Below, in pieces: positions 30,993-40,766 of a stretch of 64,000 nucleotides of DNA. Numbering within the stretch: position 1 is the stretch's first letter; every line of letters starts with the position of its first letter. This DNA comes from Candidatus Latescibacterota bacterium (GTDB taxonomy: Bacteria > Latescibacterota > UBA2968 > UBA8231): NCBI GenBank assembly GCA_965248265.1, contig CBDFJF010000002.1:1760001-1824000 (forward strand), given 5' to 3'. The notes beneath the pieces are model-generated. The model worked only from the letters and a program-made list of their open reading frames with translations. It had not been told where the DNA came from and did not search any database. Position numbers and translations under genes: made by a program.

Positions 30993-32591
30993 GTGATGAA
31001 CTATCCTGACCTGATCATCGCCAATGGCACCGTCATTGACGGAACCGGCCGACCGCCAGTACAGCAAGATGTCGCTATTGTGGAAGGCAAGATTTCGGAA
31101 GTTGGCAGGATCGACGCAGTTGAGAACGTTCCGGTACTCGATGCGACGGGTCTGTACGTAACTCCGGGGTTCATCGACATTCACAGCCATTCTGACTATT
31201 CACTCGTCGTCGACCCGCGGGCCGTCAGTGCAATCAGCCAGGGCGTGACTCTGGAAGTCGTGGGCAACTGCGGTCACGGCTGTGCGCCGATCGACAGTGT
31301 CGAGTTGGCTTCCAGCAATATCTACGGCTATCAAGCGTCGCTCGGAATTTCATGGAAAACGATGGCCGGATATCTCGACCACCTCGAATCGCTGCATCCG
31401 GCACTCAACGTGATTTCACTGGCCGCCAACGGCAATCTGCGTCTTGCCACGGTTGGTTTGGCCGATCGTGCCGCTACCCCTTCGGAATTGAAGCAGATGG
31501 AGATGCTGCTGGCGCAGGCGCTGGAGGAAGGGGCCTATGGCTACTCGACGGGCCTGGAATACAACTGCGAGCAGGGCTGTAGCGAAGAGGAGATTGTCGC
31601 CTTGTGCCGGGTCGCGAAGAAAGCGGGGGGCTTTTATGCAACCCACACCCGCAACCGCACCGGCGAAGCGAAAGAGACAATTGCCGAAGCCATCAACACG
31701 GCGGAGGCGGCCGGCATCCCGTTGCAAATCTCCCACATCGCCACCGTTGCCCGGCTGTCGCCCGACAGCCGTTGGGCCGTTCAGCAGGCACTCGATCAGG
31801 TCGAAGCGGCTCGCGCTCGCGGTCAGGATGTCACCTTCGATCAGCACACGCGCATGTTCGGTACCACGAATCTGAGTACGATGCTGCCTTCCTGGGCCCT
31901 GGAGGGCGGCCCTCAGGACATAGCCATCCGGTTGCAGGATCCCGACATACGAAACGAGATGAGAAAGCACGCCAGTATCATCGTCTCGTTGGCGCAAGGC
32001 GACTGGAACCGCATTGTCATCTTTCGCAGTAGGGCCTTGCCGGAGATCTCGCAAAAGAGCGTGGCCGAGATCGCTCAGATGTGGGGAGTCGGGGTGTATG
32101 ACGCCGTCTTCGACATACTGCTCGCGGAAATCGATGACCTGCATGCGCTGATGGTCATCTGCCTGGCCTACAACGAAGAGGATCTTCACTTGCCCGTCGA
32201 ACGGCCGTACTGCATGACGGGTTCCGACGCCATCGCCTTGGCCCCTGACGGCCCGCTGCAGGACGAAACATTTCACGGGGCCTACACCTGGGCCGGCTAC
32301 TACTACCGCACGTTCGGCACAGACCATGGCCTGCTCGGTCCCGCAGAAGCGATCCGCCGCATGACATCACTGCCCGCACAGCGCCTGGGCCTCAAGGACC
32401 GTGGCGTGATTCGGAAGGGCAACTGGGCGGATATCGCCGTCTTCCATCCTACCGAATTCACCGATCGCGGTACTACATTCGAACCGAATCAGCCTTGCCA
32501 GGGAATGCGTCACGTTCTGGTTAACGGCTCGTTCGCTCTACGAGACGGTGAACTGACAGATACGAGGGCTGGCAGAGTCCTGCGCTCTTGA
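30993..32591 (+). CDS. N-acyl-D-amino-acid deacylase family amidohydrolase
   Basis: PGFIDIHSHSD, QGVT..VVGNCG, MTSLPA..LGLKDRG. Confidence 0.93.
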   Translation: MMNYPDLIIANGTVIDGTGRPPVQQDVAIVEGKISEVGRIDAVENVPVLDATGLYVTPGFIDIHSHSDYSLVVDPRAVSAISQGVTLEVVGNCGHGCAPIDSVELASSNIYGYQASLGISWKTMAGYLDHLESLHPALNVISLAANGNLRLATVGLADRAATPSELKQMEMLLAQALEEGAYGYSTGLEYNCEQGCSEEEIVALCRVAKKAGGFYATHTRNRTGEAKETIAEAINTAEAAGIPLQISHIATVARLSPDSRWAVQQALDQVEAARARGQDVTFDQHTRMFGTTNLSTMLPSWALEGGPQDIAIRLQDPDIRNEMRKHASIIVSLAQGDWNRIVIFRSRALPEISQKSVAEIAQMWGVGVYDAVFDILLAEIDDLHALMVICLAYNEEDLHLPVERPYCMTGSDAIALAPDGPLQDETFHGAYTWAGYYYRTFGTDHGLLGPAEAIRRMTSLPAQRLGLKDRGVIRKGNWADIAVFHPTEFTDRGTTFEPNQPCQGMRHVLVNGSFALRDGELTDTRAGRVLRS

Positions 32592-32618
32592 TGGCACTGA
32601 AACAACTCGGCGCCTAGA

Positions 32619-33011
32619 TCAAATCAGCTCTACGCGTGCTGTGTGCGTCGGTGACTCGGCCAGTCGGGTGTCACGGGTGAGAAGGGGTGCATCGAGGGCT
32701 TCAGCCAGGGCGACGTAGGCCGCGTCGTAGGCTGTGAGGTTGTCTCGCAGTTCCCAGATGCGCGGTATCAATGGCTCATGTGGATAGCGCGCGATGGGCA
32801 GATCGGTGAAGTCTTCGATGGCCATCTCCGCCCGGACGGAGTCGAACTCACCGCCAAGATGGTAGCGCCGCAGTACCTGCAGGACCTCGAGATCGAGCAG
32901 GTTCGGGGCGGCGATCGTCTCTTGTGAGTCGAGCAGTCTGTCGGCGATCTGCTCACCAACCGCGGAATTCAGTAATACCTCGACGACGGCGGACGCATCC
33001 GCGACGATCAC
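32619..33011 (-). CDS. vapC: VapC-family PIN toxin
   Basis: IVADASAVV, EVLQVLRR, NLTAYDAAYVALAE, LLTRD. Confidence 0.93.
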   Translation of the reverse strand: MIVADASAVVEVLLNSAVGEQIADRLLDSQETIAAPNLLDLEVLQVLRRYHLGGEFDSVRAEMAIEDFTDLPIARYPHEPLIPRIWELRDNLTAYDAAYVALAEALDAPLLTRDTRLAESPTHTARVELI

Positions 33012-33238
33012 CGGTGGTCTCGTTCAGCGCGCACGGCCTGGGCGGCCGATACACGTGTGCCAACCGGCTGTCGCCGCCGCAGGCGCACTCGGAGTTCCTC
33101 GGGTCTTGGCAGCTCGCTCAGACGTCGCACCTCCCGGAGCAGGTAGTCCGAGAGCGAGAGTCCCTCAAGCGCGGCGCGGGCTTTGAGCTGGCCGTGAATG
33201 TCGTCGGGGACATTGCGGATCTGGATCATGCGTGACAT
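33008..33238 (-). CDS. FitA-like ribbon-helix-helix antitoxin
   Basis: IQIRNVPDDIHGQLKARAALEGLSLSDY; 4-nt overlap with vapC. Confidence 0.9.
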   Translation of the reverse strand: MSRMIQIRNVPDDIHGQLKARAALEGLSLSDYLLREVRRLSELPRPEELRVRLRRRQPVGTRVSAAQAVRAERDHR

Positions 33239-33244
33239 GTTTGC

Positions 33245-33280
33245 AGCATAGTTACATGTGATGCACATGTCAAGCTATGC
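33245..33280 (-). promoter_or_regulatory. Toxin-antitoxin promoter with a palindromic operator
   Basis: TTGACA-17bp-TATGCT; ACATGTG-N3-CACATGT overlapping the spacer and -35 box. Confidence 0.8.
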
Positions 33281-33449
33281 CGCATGCAACTGGGTGCGGT
33301 CGCGGAGTTGGCTCGCCGGCGCAGGAGGCCCGCAAGACCCTGCAGACCATATGGCCATGTTGAAGTCTCACGAGCTGGGCAATGTCAGGGTCGATCTGTC
33401 TTGAACACGATTCTGGCGAACAGGAGGTGATTTCGGGGAGATTCCCGGA

Positions 33450-33785
33450 TCAGGACTTCATCGCCAGATACACGATCACCCTCATTTGTCCCCCCTCCGG
33501 CACCTCACCGACGAGCCGCAAATAGGTCCCGAAGTTCGATACGCGCCCGAAGGTTACCTCCGTCCCGTCGCCGGTCAGTCTGAAACCGGTCCCTTCGTCG
33601 CACCACCGCATGCCGTCCGGTGAAATCTGGACTCGCGCCTGCGCCGCTTCGACCAGCCCGCTCGACTCCAGCACGCGGATGAAGAAGATCGCCTCCGACG
33701 CCCACGCCGCCTCGTAGGGCTCGGTCTCGAAGGTCCCGGTCCAGACGACACCGCGCTCCAACACCGCTGTGTGGCTCTGCTTCAT
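33450..33785 (-). CDS. Small conserved protein (DUF6385-like)
   Basis: TAVLER, TEPYEAAWASEAIFF, VQISPDGMRW. Confidence 0.65.
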   Translation of the reverse strand: MKQSHTAVLERGVVWTGTFETEPYEAAWASEAIFFIRVLESSGLVEAAQARVQISPDGMRWCDEGTGFRLTGDGTEVTFGRVSNFGTYLRLVGEVPEGGQMRVIVYLAMKS

Positions 33786-33806
33786 GTCACACCAGAATTC
33801 CCGCGC

Positions 33807-34631
33807 TCAAAAGTCCCCGGACAGCGTCACCGAGTCCACGTAGAGAAACGCGCGCTTGTCGCGGTCCGTCTCCACGAAGAAGGTGGCGTTCAGCATGCAC
33901 CACAGGTTGGCCATCGCCGGCATCGCCATCGGCGCCATCCCGGAGACGTCGTAGTGGCGGTCATTGCACTGAAACGCCGTGAAAGCCATCGACTCGAGGT
34001 TGAGGCCGATGCGGATGTAGTGCCAGTTCTGCTTCGTCGCGATCTCGTTGTAGCACAGAAGCTGCTGGCCGTCAGTAACGTCCTCCCATCCCGATTCTGC
34101 GAGGTGGAAATGCGACCGCGTCTTGCCCGATGCGCCGATGTCGGCGAGCTGCTCCCGCCGCCTCTTGAACTGCCAGCGACCCACGGCTTCCCCGTTCAGC
34201 GCGTTCAGGTATCGCAGGTGTGGCATCACGCGGTGTTCGGCGTCCTGCAGGTCAAAGCAGATCCCGACGGCCCGAACATCCAGCTCCGAGAGCTCGAGCT
34301 CGGTCGCTTCCGGCTTGAAGGTAAAGCGAGCTTCCAGCTGGATCGGACCGGCGTGACGAAACGTCACCCGCTTCACGGCGACGGCGAGGTTGCCCGCGGC
34401 GGGGCGCGTCGCCAGCTTCATGGCGTAGGTCCCGTCCCACGAGCCAGCCGACCCGCCGTCCCACATCGTGCTGTTGCTAAGCATCGGACCGGGCATGTCG
34501 CGGTACTGCGGCAGCATGGAGTCGAGCGATTTCTCGTAATTGCCGACCAGGGTGGTCCATCCCTGCAGCCCGCAGTCGAAATCGTCTGCGTAGATGATGC
34601 GGGACAGGGGATCGAAGTGAGAAGATGTCAT
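33807..34631 (-). CDS. Conserved protein (DUF6772-like)
   Basis: FDPLSRI..DDFD.G..GW, SWDGTYAMKLATRP, CYNEIATKQNWHY. Confidence 0.65.
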   Translation of the reverse strand: MTSSHFDPLSRIIYADDFDCGLQGWTTLVGNYEKSLDSMLPQYRDMPGPMLSNSTMWDGGSAGSWDGTYAMKLATRPAAGNLAVAVKRVTFRHAGPIQLEARFTFKPEATELELSELDVRAVGICFDLQDAEHRVMPHLRYLNALNGEAVGRWQFKRRREQLADIGASGKTRSHFHLAESGWEDVTDGQQLLCYNEIATKQNWHYIRIGLNLESMAFTAFQCNDRHYDVSGMAPMAMPAMANLWCMLNATFFVETDRDKRAFLYVDSVTLSGDF

Positions 34632-34699
34632 CAGCGTTCAGCCAGCGCCGTCAACGCCCCCAACACGCGAATCCGCGCCTCGTCTGCCAACGTGCGGTC
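34631..34699 (-). pseudogene. C-terminal remnant of a paralogue of the 1483-4130 gene
   Basis: DRTLADEARIRVLGALTALAER* vs DRTLADEARIQVLAALTKLALH*. Confidence 0.75.
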
Positions 34700-34777
34700 C
34701 TCGGTATCTGATTCTCGGTGACTGCTCAAACTAAGCTCCACCAAGTAGATCGAACAGGGCACGACCACCGGCGGCCT

Positions 34778-37700
34778 TCACACCTTCGGCAGGTTCCCGA
34801 TGATCTGAGGGGCGCCTCGCATCGGTGAGCAGATGGTTTTGCCGACGCCGCGGTGCACCGTTGGCGGACGTTGGATCGCCGTCTGGATCCCCGCCTCCAG
34901 CACGCGCTTGAAGCGCTCCTCGCCAGTGAACTGGTACGCGGCAGCCACGCCCTTCAGAATGCGCATGTCAGCGTCGGGGTGGAGTTCGGATTCCGGGCAG
35001 CAGGTGTAGCGGAACGTCGCCCGCTCCGGCACCCACATATGATCGATACAGTACCCCGCCGCCCGCACGATTGAATCCGCCACGTCGTTATCGCCGGTCT
35101 CTTCGTGGAACCGCTTCAGTCCGACCATGAGGATGCCGACCATGAACCCGGCGTTCCCCGTGTGCCGCGGCGGGTCGCAGTAGCAGTGCCCGGGCACCAT
35201 CAGCCGGTCCCACCCACCAGAAGCGCGCTGACGCTCGAGCACGCGGTCGACGATGATCCGCGCGGCGTTCACGAAGACGCGCCTACCCGTCGCCCGATAC
35301 GCCGCAAAGAGGTGTATCAAATGCCAGCCTGATTCCCTGCAATTGTCGAAGTCGAAATCGTTGAGGATCTCACCCGCAAGAACCAGCGACACACGCAGAG
35401 CGCTCTCGCGGCTGCGGCCGCCTCCGGTCAGGAGCGCATGGAGGAACAGCCCTTCCACCCACGTGTGGGAAACCATCGTCATCGCGAAAAACATGGCGGA
35501 TTCGCGGTATCCGTTTGGATAGTACTCCCCGACGTGTCCGACACTGTGGATATACTGGGTGTCGATCGGCGTTGTGCCGCCCTTGGCGTGGTTGGTATCG
35601 ACATCCACGAGGTGACGGGCTGCCTCGTCCGCCCACCAGAAGAAGTCCGCCTCACCGCCCCGTAGAAACTCCTGCAGAAAGCACCACGGCGTATCGTATT
35701 CCATGTTCCCCCAGTTGTACGTCCGCTCGCCGAACCAGTCGCCGAAGTTGAGCATACCGTATGCGCGCGAAGAAACGCGGTCGGCTTTGTACGCCTTGTG
35801 CGCCCCTTCCACCCACGCCTCATACGGTGGGTACGGCGACGGATCCTTCGGAGGCAGCCGGGTCCACGCTTCGCTGTCATTCAGAACCGATAGAGGCACG
35901 CGGTAGAGCGGCGGATCGTTCACGGCGCGCAGGGGCTCCGCGTCAGGCGCGTAGCTGACCCAGAACTCGTGTGTCCTCGACACGCCCCGTTTCAGCTTGT
36001 AGCGCCCGTCCAGCAGGTAGAAGAACAGCCGATCCTCCAGCTCCCCTCCACGTGGATACGCCGACGGATCGAGTTCGGGACAGATATCCAACCGGAACCC
36101 GTCTTCATCGACGGCCAGACCTTTCGGGTAATTCTGCCAGAAGTCACGCATCTCCAGTCGCACCGCAGCCCCCTCGCTCTCGATCGACGCAGATCCATCG
36201 GCATGGCGTCCTTGGCTCACCACTTTCCCCTGTCGGCGAACGATAAATCGGTTGTCCTGCAGTTGCGTGAGATCGAGAGCGCCGTCCTTCCTGCTCGTTC
36301 CACCGAGTTCACACCGTTCGATCGCACCCACGTCGACGGGCAAGTTCAGGCTGAGCGAGCGGATCTGTTCGAATTCAGAGCCGCGCAATCCGGTCCCGTC
36401 GTTGACGAACGTGTGTTCGACGCGGATGCGGCGGCTGTTCCTGAAGAAATGGAGGCGCAGGATCGACTGCATCAGGGTCTTCGTCCCGCGCCGGTGACGG
36501 CACTCGATTAGGATGCACGCACGCTCAGGACCGCTTGTTTCGACCACAACCCGGTCTGGCTTCCCGCTGCGGTAAACCCGACCGGTACCATCGACGACGG
36601 AGATTGCCGGCATGCGCCCGACATCGGGCCCCGCGAAGCACCGGGTGGAACCATCGGAATGCTCGATCTCGACAACACCCGGCAGCACAACCTGGCTCTT
36701 TGGAATGCGAACCGTCATCGCACCGGTCGCCACGACGATCGCTCCCTTGACGGATCGCACCGTGACGCCGCTCTTCGACTCGTCGCTGACCGAGCGTCCG
36801 TACTCGACGGCGTAGCTCGATCGTCCGTCCGAATGAAAATCGAGCAGGGCCCACTTGATCGAGCTGTCTTCCCAACGAGACTGAACCCCCACCTGCACAG
36901 GCACAGTCGCGTTGTCGGAATCCAGCAGGCGAATGCAGTCCGGATCCGAGACTGACCCTGCGGCGAAGGGTACCCCGACCGTTACCGGCCAGGAGTGCGA
37001 CGCCGTCTTGACGATTGGCAGGTCGAAGCTGCCGCTCTGCGCTGACTTGGTCGCACGAGATGCCCCGACCCTGAACCTCCCACGTTTGCTGGCCGTCAAG
37101 CGGCCGGTGCGATCGCGCAGTTCGATTTCGTACGACGTCGACCCACTCGGGATTCCGGGTACAACCACCTCGTGGTTGGTTAGAAACGCGTTGAGCCGCG
37201 TGGCTCTGGCTTTCCCGCCCGAGGGACGGACGAGGATCCGCCCCTTCGCGGGCCGGCTCGTGCGCCACGTCAGGTAAGCGCACTGTCTGTCTCCTTCCGT
37301 GCGCACATCCACACGGGGTGAGAGAACGGCCAACTTTTTCGGAGTTTGTCTTGGCCGTTTGCTCAGCAGAACCACGCTCTCGATCCGACACGGACCGTCA
37401 GATCCGTTCGTGACCAGTCGAATCGTTTCACCACCCTTGAACTGTTGCTTCTCCGGCGTAAAGAACAGGTGAACGCGGTTATCCGGATCCGCGAGCGATG
37501 CACGAGCCACCTGCCGGTGTCCGAACCAGATTTCAATCGCTTCTTCCGCTCTCGCCGTAGCGTACATCGTGAAGCCGAGATAGAAACTCCCGGAGGCCCT
37601 GGTCACCTCGCGTAGCTCGCTCACGAGCCGCGCCTTTTGCACCGAGGCTGGGCGGTAGACGGAGGCGTTCGCGTACTCCGTGAACGTATCATTCACGAAA

Positions 37701-37810
37701 CCGTCGAGGTTCTTGCAGGTGAAGGCTGGAATCACAGTCGCATCAGCCAGGAGCCCGGCAATACGCGCGTCACCGGAAACGGCCTCAGCTGTGGGGATGG
37801 CGGATGTCAT
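34778..37810 (-). CDS. YetA/PcRGLX-like (exo-rhamnogalacturonan lyase-like) protein
   Basis: PVTVGVPF, RWEDSSIKWALLDF, DFWQNYPKGL, YGMLNFGDW, WGNMEYD. Confidence 0.7.
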   Translation of the reverse strand: MTSAIPTAEAVSGDARIAGLLADATVIPAFTCKNLDGFVNDTFTEYANASVYRPASVQKARLVSELREVTRASGSFYLGFTMYATARAEEAIEIWFGHRQVARASLADPDNRVHLFFTPEKQQFKGGETIRLVTNGSDGPCRIESVVLLSKRPRQTPKKLAVLSPRVDVRTEGDRQCAYLTWRTSRPAKGRILVRPSGGKARATRLNAFLTNHEVVVPGIPSGSTSYEIELRDRTGRLTASKRGRFRVGASRATKSAQSGSFDLPIVKTASHSWPVTVGVPFAAGSVSDPDCIRLLDSDNATVPVQVGVQSRWEDSSIKWALLDFHSDGRSSYAVEYGRSVSDESKSGVTVRSVKGAIVVATGAMTVRIPKSQVVLPGVVEIEHSDGSTRCFAGPDVGRMPAISVVDGTGRVYRSGKPDRVVVETSGPERACILIECRHRRGTKTLMQSILRLHFFRNSRRIRVEHTFVNDGTGLRGSEFEQIRSLSLNLPVDVGAIERCELGGTSRKDGALDLTQLQDNRFIVRRQGKVVSQGRHADGSASIESEGAAVRLEMRDFWQNYPKGLAVDEDGFRLDICPELDPSAYPRGGELEDRLFFYLLDGRYKLKRGVSRTHEFWVSYAPDAEPLRAVNDPPLYRVPLSVLNDSEAWTRLPPKDPSPYPPYEAWVEGAHKAYKADRVSSRAYGMLNFGDWFGERTYNWGNMEYDTPWCFLQEFLRGGEADFFWWADEAARHLVDVDTNHAKGGTTPIDTQYIHSVGHVGEYYPNGYRESAMFFAMTMVSHTWVEGLFLHALLTGGGRSRESALRVSLVLAGEILNDFDFDNCRESGWHLIHLFAAYRATGRRVFVNAARIIVDRVLERQRASGGWDRLMVPGHCYCDPPRHTGNAGFMVGILMVGLKRFHEETGDNDVADSIVRAAGYCIDHMWVPERATFRYTCCPESELHPDADMRILKGVAAAYQFTGEERFKRVLEAGIQTAIQRPPTVHRGVGKTICSPMRGAPQIIGNLPKV

Positions 37811-37884
37811 ATCTGCGAACCTCTACGGAGTCCGGGGCGAAATGTCCTTGACCGAAGCTCGGTAATGTTACCATTATCGTTGGC

Positions 37885-38133
37885 GTGTTCAAGTGTTCCA
37901 CCTGCCACAACGTGCACGAAGACGAGACGGACCAGACCGCTATGTTTTCGCGCAAGTGCCTGACCTGTCACGAACAATCCCACACTGAAGAGCCCGAACT
38001 GGCGCAGGGCAACCGCTGCACTCAATGCCACATGCCAGATCAGCAAGCGAGCAATCTGCCGGTGTTCCACGAGGGGGAGGAGTGGTTCCTGTCGATGGCC
38101 AATCACCGCATCGGGATCTTCGAGGACCAATAA
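37885..38133 (+). pseudogene. C-terminal fragment of a multiheme cytochrome c
   Basis: CSTCH, CLTCH, CTQCH, NHRIGI; no signal peptide or plausible start. Confidence 0.75.
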
Positions 38134-38208
38134 CACACCCGAGCTCGTGTCAACGCTGCCGAGTCGGACTGCTCCCCACATGATCGCGAAATAGAGAGGG
38201 AAGCACTT

Positions 38209-39354
38209 GTGATCAAGCACGCATGCGGAATCGCAGTGGCGGTGTTGCTGAGTATCTCACCTTCTCATGCTCTGCAGCGGACCGATACGGAATTCAAGAT
38301 CTTCCAGTTCCCCGCCGACATGATTCCCCGCATCGACGGCCAGACCGACGACTGGGCGATGGTGCCCGACAGCTATGCCTACGGAACGGACCAACTCTCC
38401 GACACGGTCAAGGGAAACTTCACCAACTACGACCCTGAAGACCTGGATGTGACCGTGCGCGTCGGTTGGGTCAAGGGGTTGAACCGGCTCTATTTCCTCT
38501 ACGAGGCCTACGACGACTACTGGAACATGTACTACAAGTACGGAGACCTATTCGAAGTCGCCGTCGACGCCGACCGCTCTGGCGGGCCGAACATCGCCAA
38601 CCCCCAGATCGACGACGAATGGGAAAGCCACTTCCTGTTCAAGGGCGTGCACGCCCAGAACTACCACATCTTCACACCTGCCGGAGAAGGGCGGGATTGG
38701 GTCTTCGTCTGGGGGTGTCAGCCGTGGATCGGCCAGCTGCCGTACGCCAACCACGCCTACTCCTACGATTTCGCGGAGGGCGAGAGCGGCAAACTCGTGC
38801 TCGAATTCTGGATCACGCCCTTCGACTACGCTCCCTACGATGGCCCGGAACGGGCCGCCGTGTCGAAGCTGGAGGAGAGCTCGCTGATCGCCTTGTCCTG
38901 GTCGGTCCTCGACTTCGACGAGGACCACACGGAGTATGAGGGGTTCTGGAACCTTTCGCACGAGACGCACATGTACGACGACGCCTCGAACCTGTGCGCC
39001 TTTCGCTTGATGCCACTGGAGCCGGAGTACCTCAAACCGCTCGAGGCGCAATACTCCTATACGGTCGTCGACATGGATCGTCGGATGGTCGCCTTCACGG
39101 ATCGATCCCGTGGTGAGATCACGTCGTGGTCGTGGGACTTCGGCGATGGCACTTCATCGGCCGAACAGCACCCGATTCACCAGTACGACAGACCGGGAGA
39201 AGAGCTACCTAAGTGCACGCCTCCGATCAACATATACGAGTGGGGATCGCATGATCAAGCAAGTTTGTGTAGCACTGATGGCCTTGACCGCCTCATCGAG
39301 TCAAGCCCTGCAACGCACCGACACCGAGTTCAAGATCTTCCAATTCCCCCATGA
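38209..39354 (+). CDS. Secreted CBM9-like + PKD protein, copy 1; PKD truncated near 39200, after which it reads into the next gene
   Basis: IPRIDG..DDW, DADRSGG, WSWDFGDG; lacks the FVVTL...VK end of copy 2. Confidence 0.8.
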   Translation: MIKHACGIAVAVLLSISPSHALQRTDTEFKIFQFPADMIPRIDGQTDDWAMVPDSYAYGTDQLSDTVKGNFTNYDPEDLDVTVRVGWVKGLNRLYFLYEAYDDYWNMYYKYGDLFEVAVDADRSGGPNIANPQIDDEWESHFLFKGVHAQNYHIFTPAGEGRDWVFVWGCQPWIGQLPYANHAYSYDFAEGESGKLVLEFWITPFDYAPYDGPERAAVSKLEESSLIALSWSVLDFDEDHTEYEGFWNLSHETHMYDDASNLCAFRLMPLEPEYLKPLEAQYSYTVVDMDRRMVAFTDRSRGEITSWSWDFGDGTSSAEQHPIHQYDRPGEELPKCTPPINIYEWGSHDQASLCSTDGLDRLIESSPATHRHRVQDLPIPP

Positions 39355-40315
39355 CATGATTCCCCGCATCGACGGTGAGATCGACGACTGGGCGATGGTT
39401 CCCGACGACTATGCCTACGGGACCGATCAGATCTCCGACACGGTCATGGGCAACTTCACCAACTACGACCGTGAAGACCTGGACGTCTCCGTGCGGGTGG
39501 GATGGGTCAAGGGGCTCAACCGGCTCTATTTCCTCTATGAGGCCTACGACGACTACTGGAACATGTACTACGGGCGGGGCGATCTGTTCGAGGTTGCCGT
39601 CGACGCCGACCGCTCCGGGGGGCCGAACATCTACAACCCGCAGATCGACGACCAATGGGAGAGCCATTTCCTGTTCAAGGGCGTGCACGCCCAGAACTAC
39701 CACATCTTCACGCCGCCGGGTGAAGGGCGAGACTGGGTTTTCGTCTGGGGTTGCCAACCCTGGATCGGCAAGCTCCCCTACGCCAATCACGCCTATTCTT
39801 ACGACTTCGAGGAGGGCGAGAGCGGCCGTCTCATTCTGGAATTCTGGATCACGCCGTTCGACTACGCCCCGTACGACGGGCCGGAGCGCGCCAGCATCTC
39901 GAAGCTGGTGGAGAACGCGCTGATCGCTCTGTCGTGGTCGGTCCTCGATTACGATGAAAACGACAAAGAGTACGAGGGCTTCTGGAACCTCTCCCACGAG
40001 ACCCGTATGGACAGCGACGCTTCGAATCTGTGCGCCTTCAGACTGATGCCTCTGGAGCCCGAGTACGTGAAGCCACTCGAAGCGCAGTATTCGTTCACCG
40101 TCGTCGACATGGATCGGCGCATGGTCGCCTTCAAAGACGAGTCCCACGGCGAGATCACCTCGTGGTCATGGGACTTCGGCGACGGATCGACTTCGAGTGA
40201 GCAACACCCGATACATCAGTACAGCGAGGCAGGAGAGTTTGTCGTGACCTTGCATGTCGAAGGTCCGAAGGGAAAGGCGCGTCGCGTCAAGGTGTATGAA
40301 GTGATGGTGAAGTGA
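39251..40315 (+). CDS. Secreted CBM9-like + PKD protein, copy 2 (intact)
   Basis: Tandem paralogue of 38209 with a complete PKD domain. Confidence 0.85.
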   Translation: MIKQVCVALMALTASSSQALQRTDTEFKIFQFPHDMIPRIDGEIDDWAMVPDDYAYGTDQISDTVMGNFTNYDREDLDVSVRVGWVKGLNRLYFLYEAYDDYWNMYYGRGDLFEVAVDADRSGGPNIYNPQIDDQWESHFLFKGVHAQNYHIFTPPGEGRDWVFVWGCQPWIGKLPYANHAYSYDFEEGESGRLILEFWITPFDYAPYDGPERASISKLVENALIALSWSVLDYDENDKEYEGFWNLSHETRMDSDASNLCAFRLMPLEPEYVKPLEAQYSFTVVDMDRRMVAFKDESHGEITSWSWDFGDGSTSSEQHPIHQYSEAGEFVVTLHVEGPKGKARRVKVYEVMVK

Positions 40316-40359
40316 TGCCGGCGAACCGCGAGTGCGTGCTGACGACGTCCAGACCACCT

Positions 40360-40620
40360 CGTTGCCACAACGGCAGCCTCGAGCAGACGATTCACGCCAT
40401 CAGCGCCCACCACTTTGGCGAGCGCGTTCCGCGTGATTTGGACGACATACCGGCTGAGTACGACCCGTTCGAACTGTCTGTCGACGAGTACGAGGAGCTC
40501 GACCAGCACGTTCGTGCGGCACTGTACCTCGGCGTTCGTCAGCTGAACTGGGCCGGCACGACGTGGACGGGGGTCAACTTCTACGATGACAGCCGCTGCG
40601 TCGACTACCTGATCAGTCGA
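40360..40620 (+). pseudogene. Internal fragment of an alpha/beta (dienelactone hydrolase-like) gene
   Basis: LNWAGTTWTGVNFYDDSRCVDYLISR, then homology is lost. Confidence 0.5.
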
Positions 40621-40766
40621 CGGGTAATACACGCCCGATCGCGCCGCTGCACCCATCGGCCCCTCAGTCCAGCCTCAAATTTCTGACTCGACAGCATCTC
40701 CCAGCCGACATACCCTACCCATAACGGCCGCTTATAATTCCTCGTATACGTCAGGAGATTCTGCTC

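Noticed and set aside
37885-38133. Stand-alone small triheme cytochrome
   Set aside because: No signal peptide or SD; it looks like the C-terminal remnant of a larger protein.
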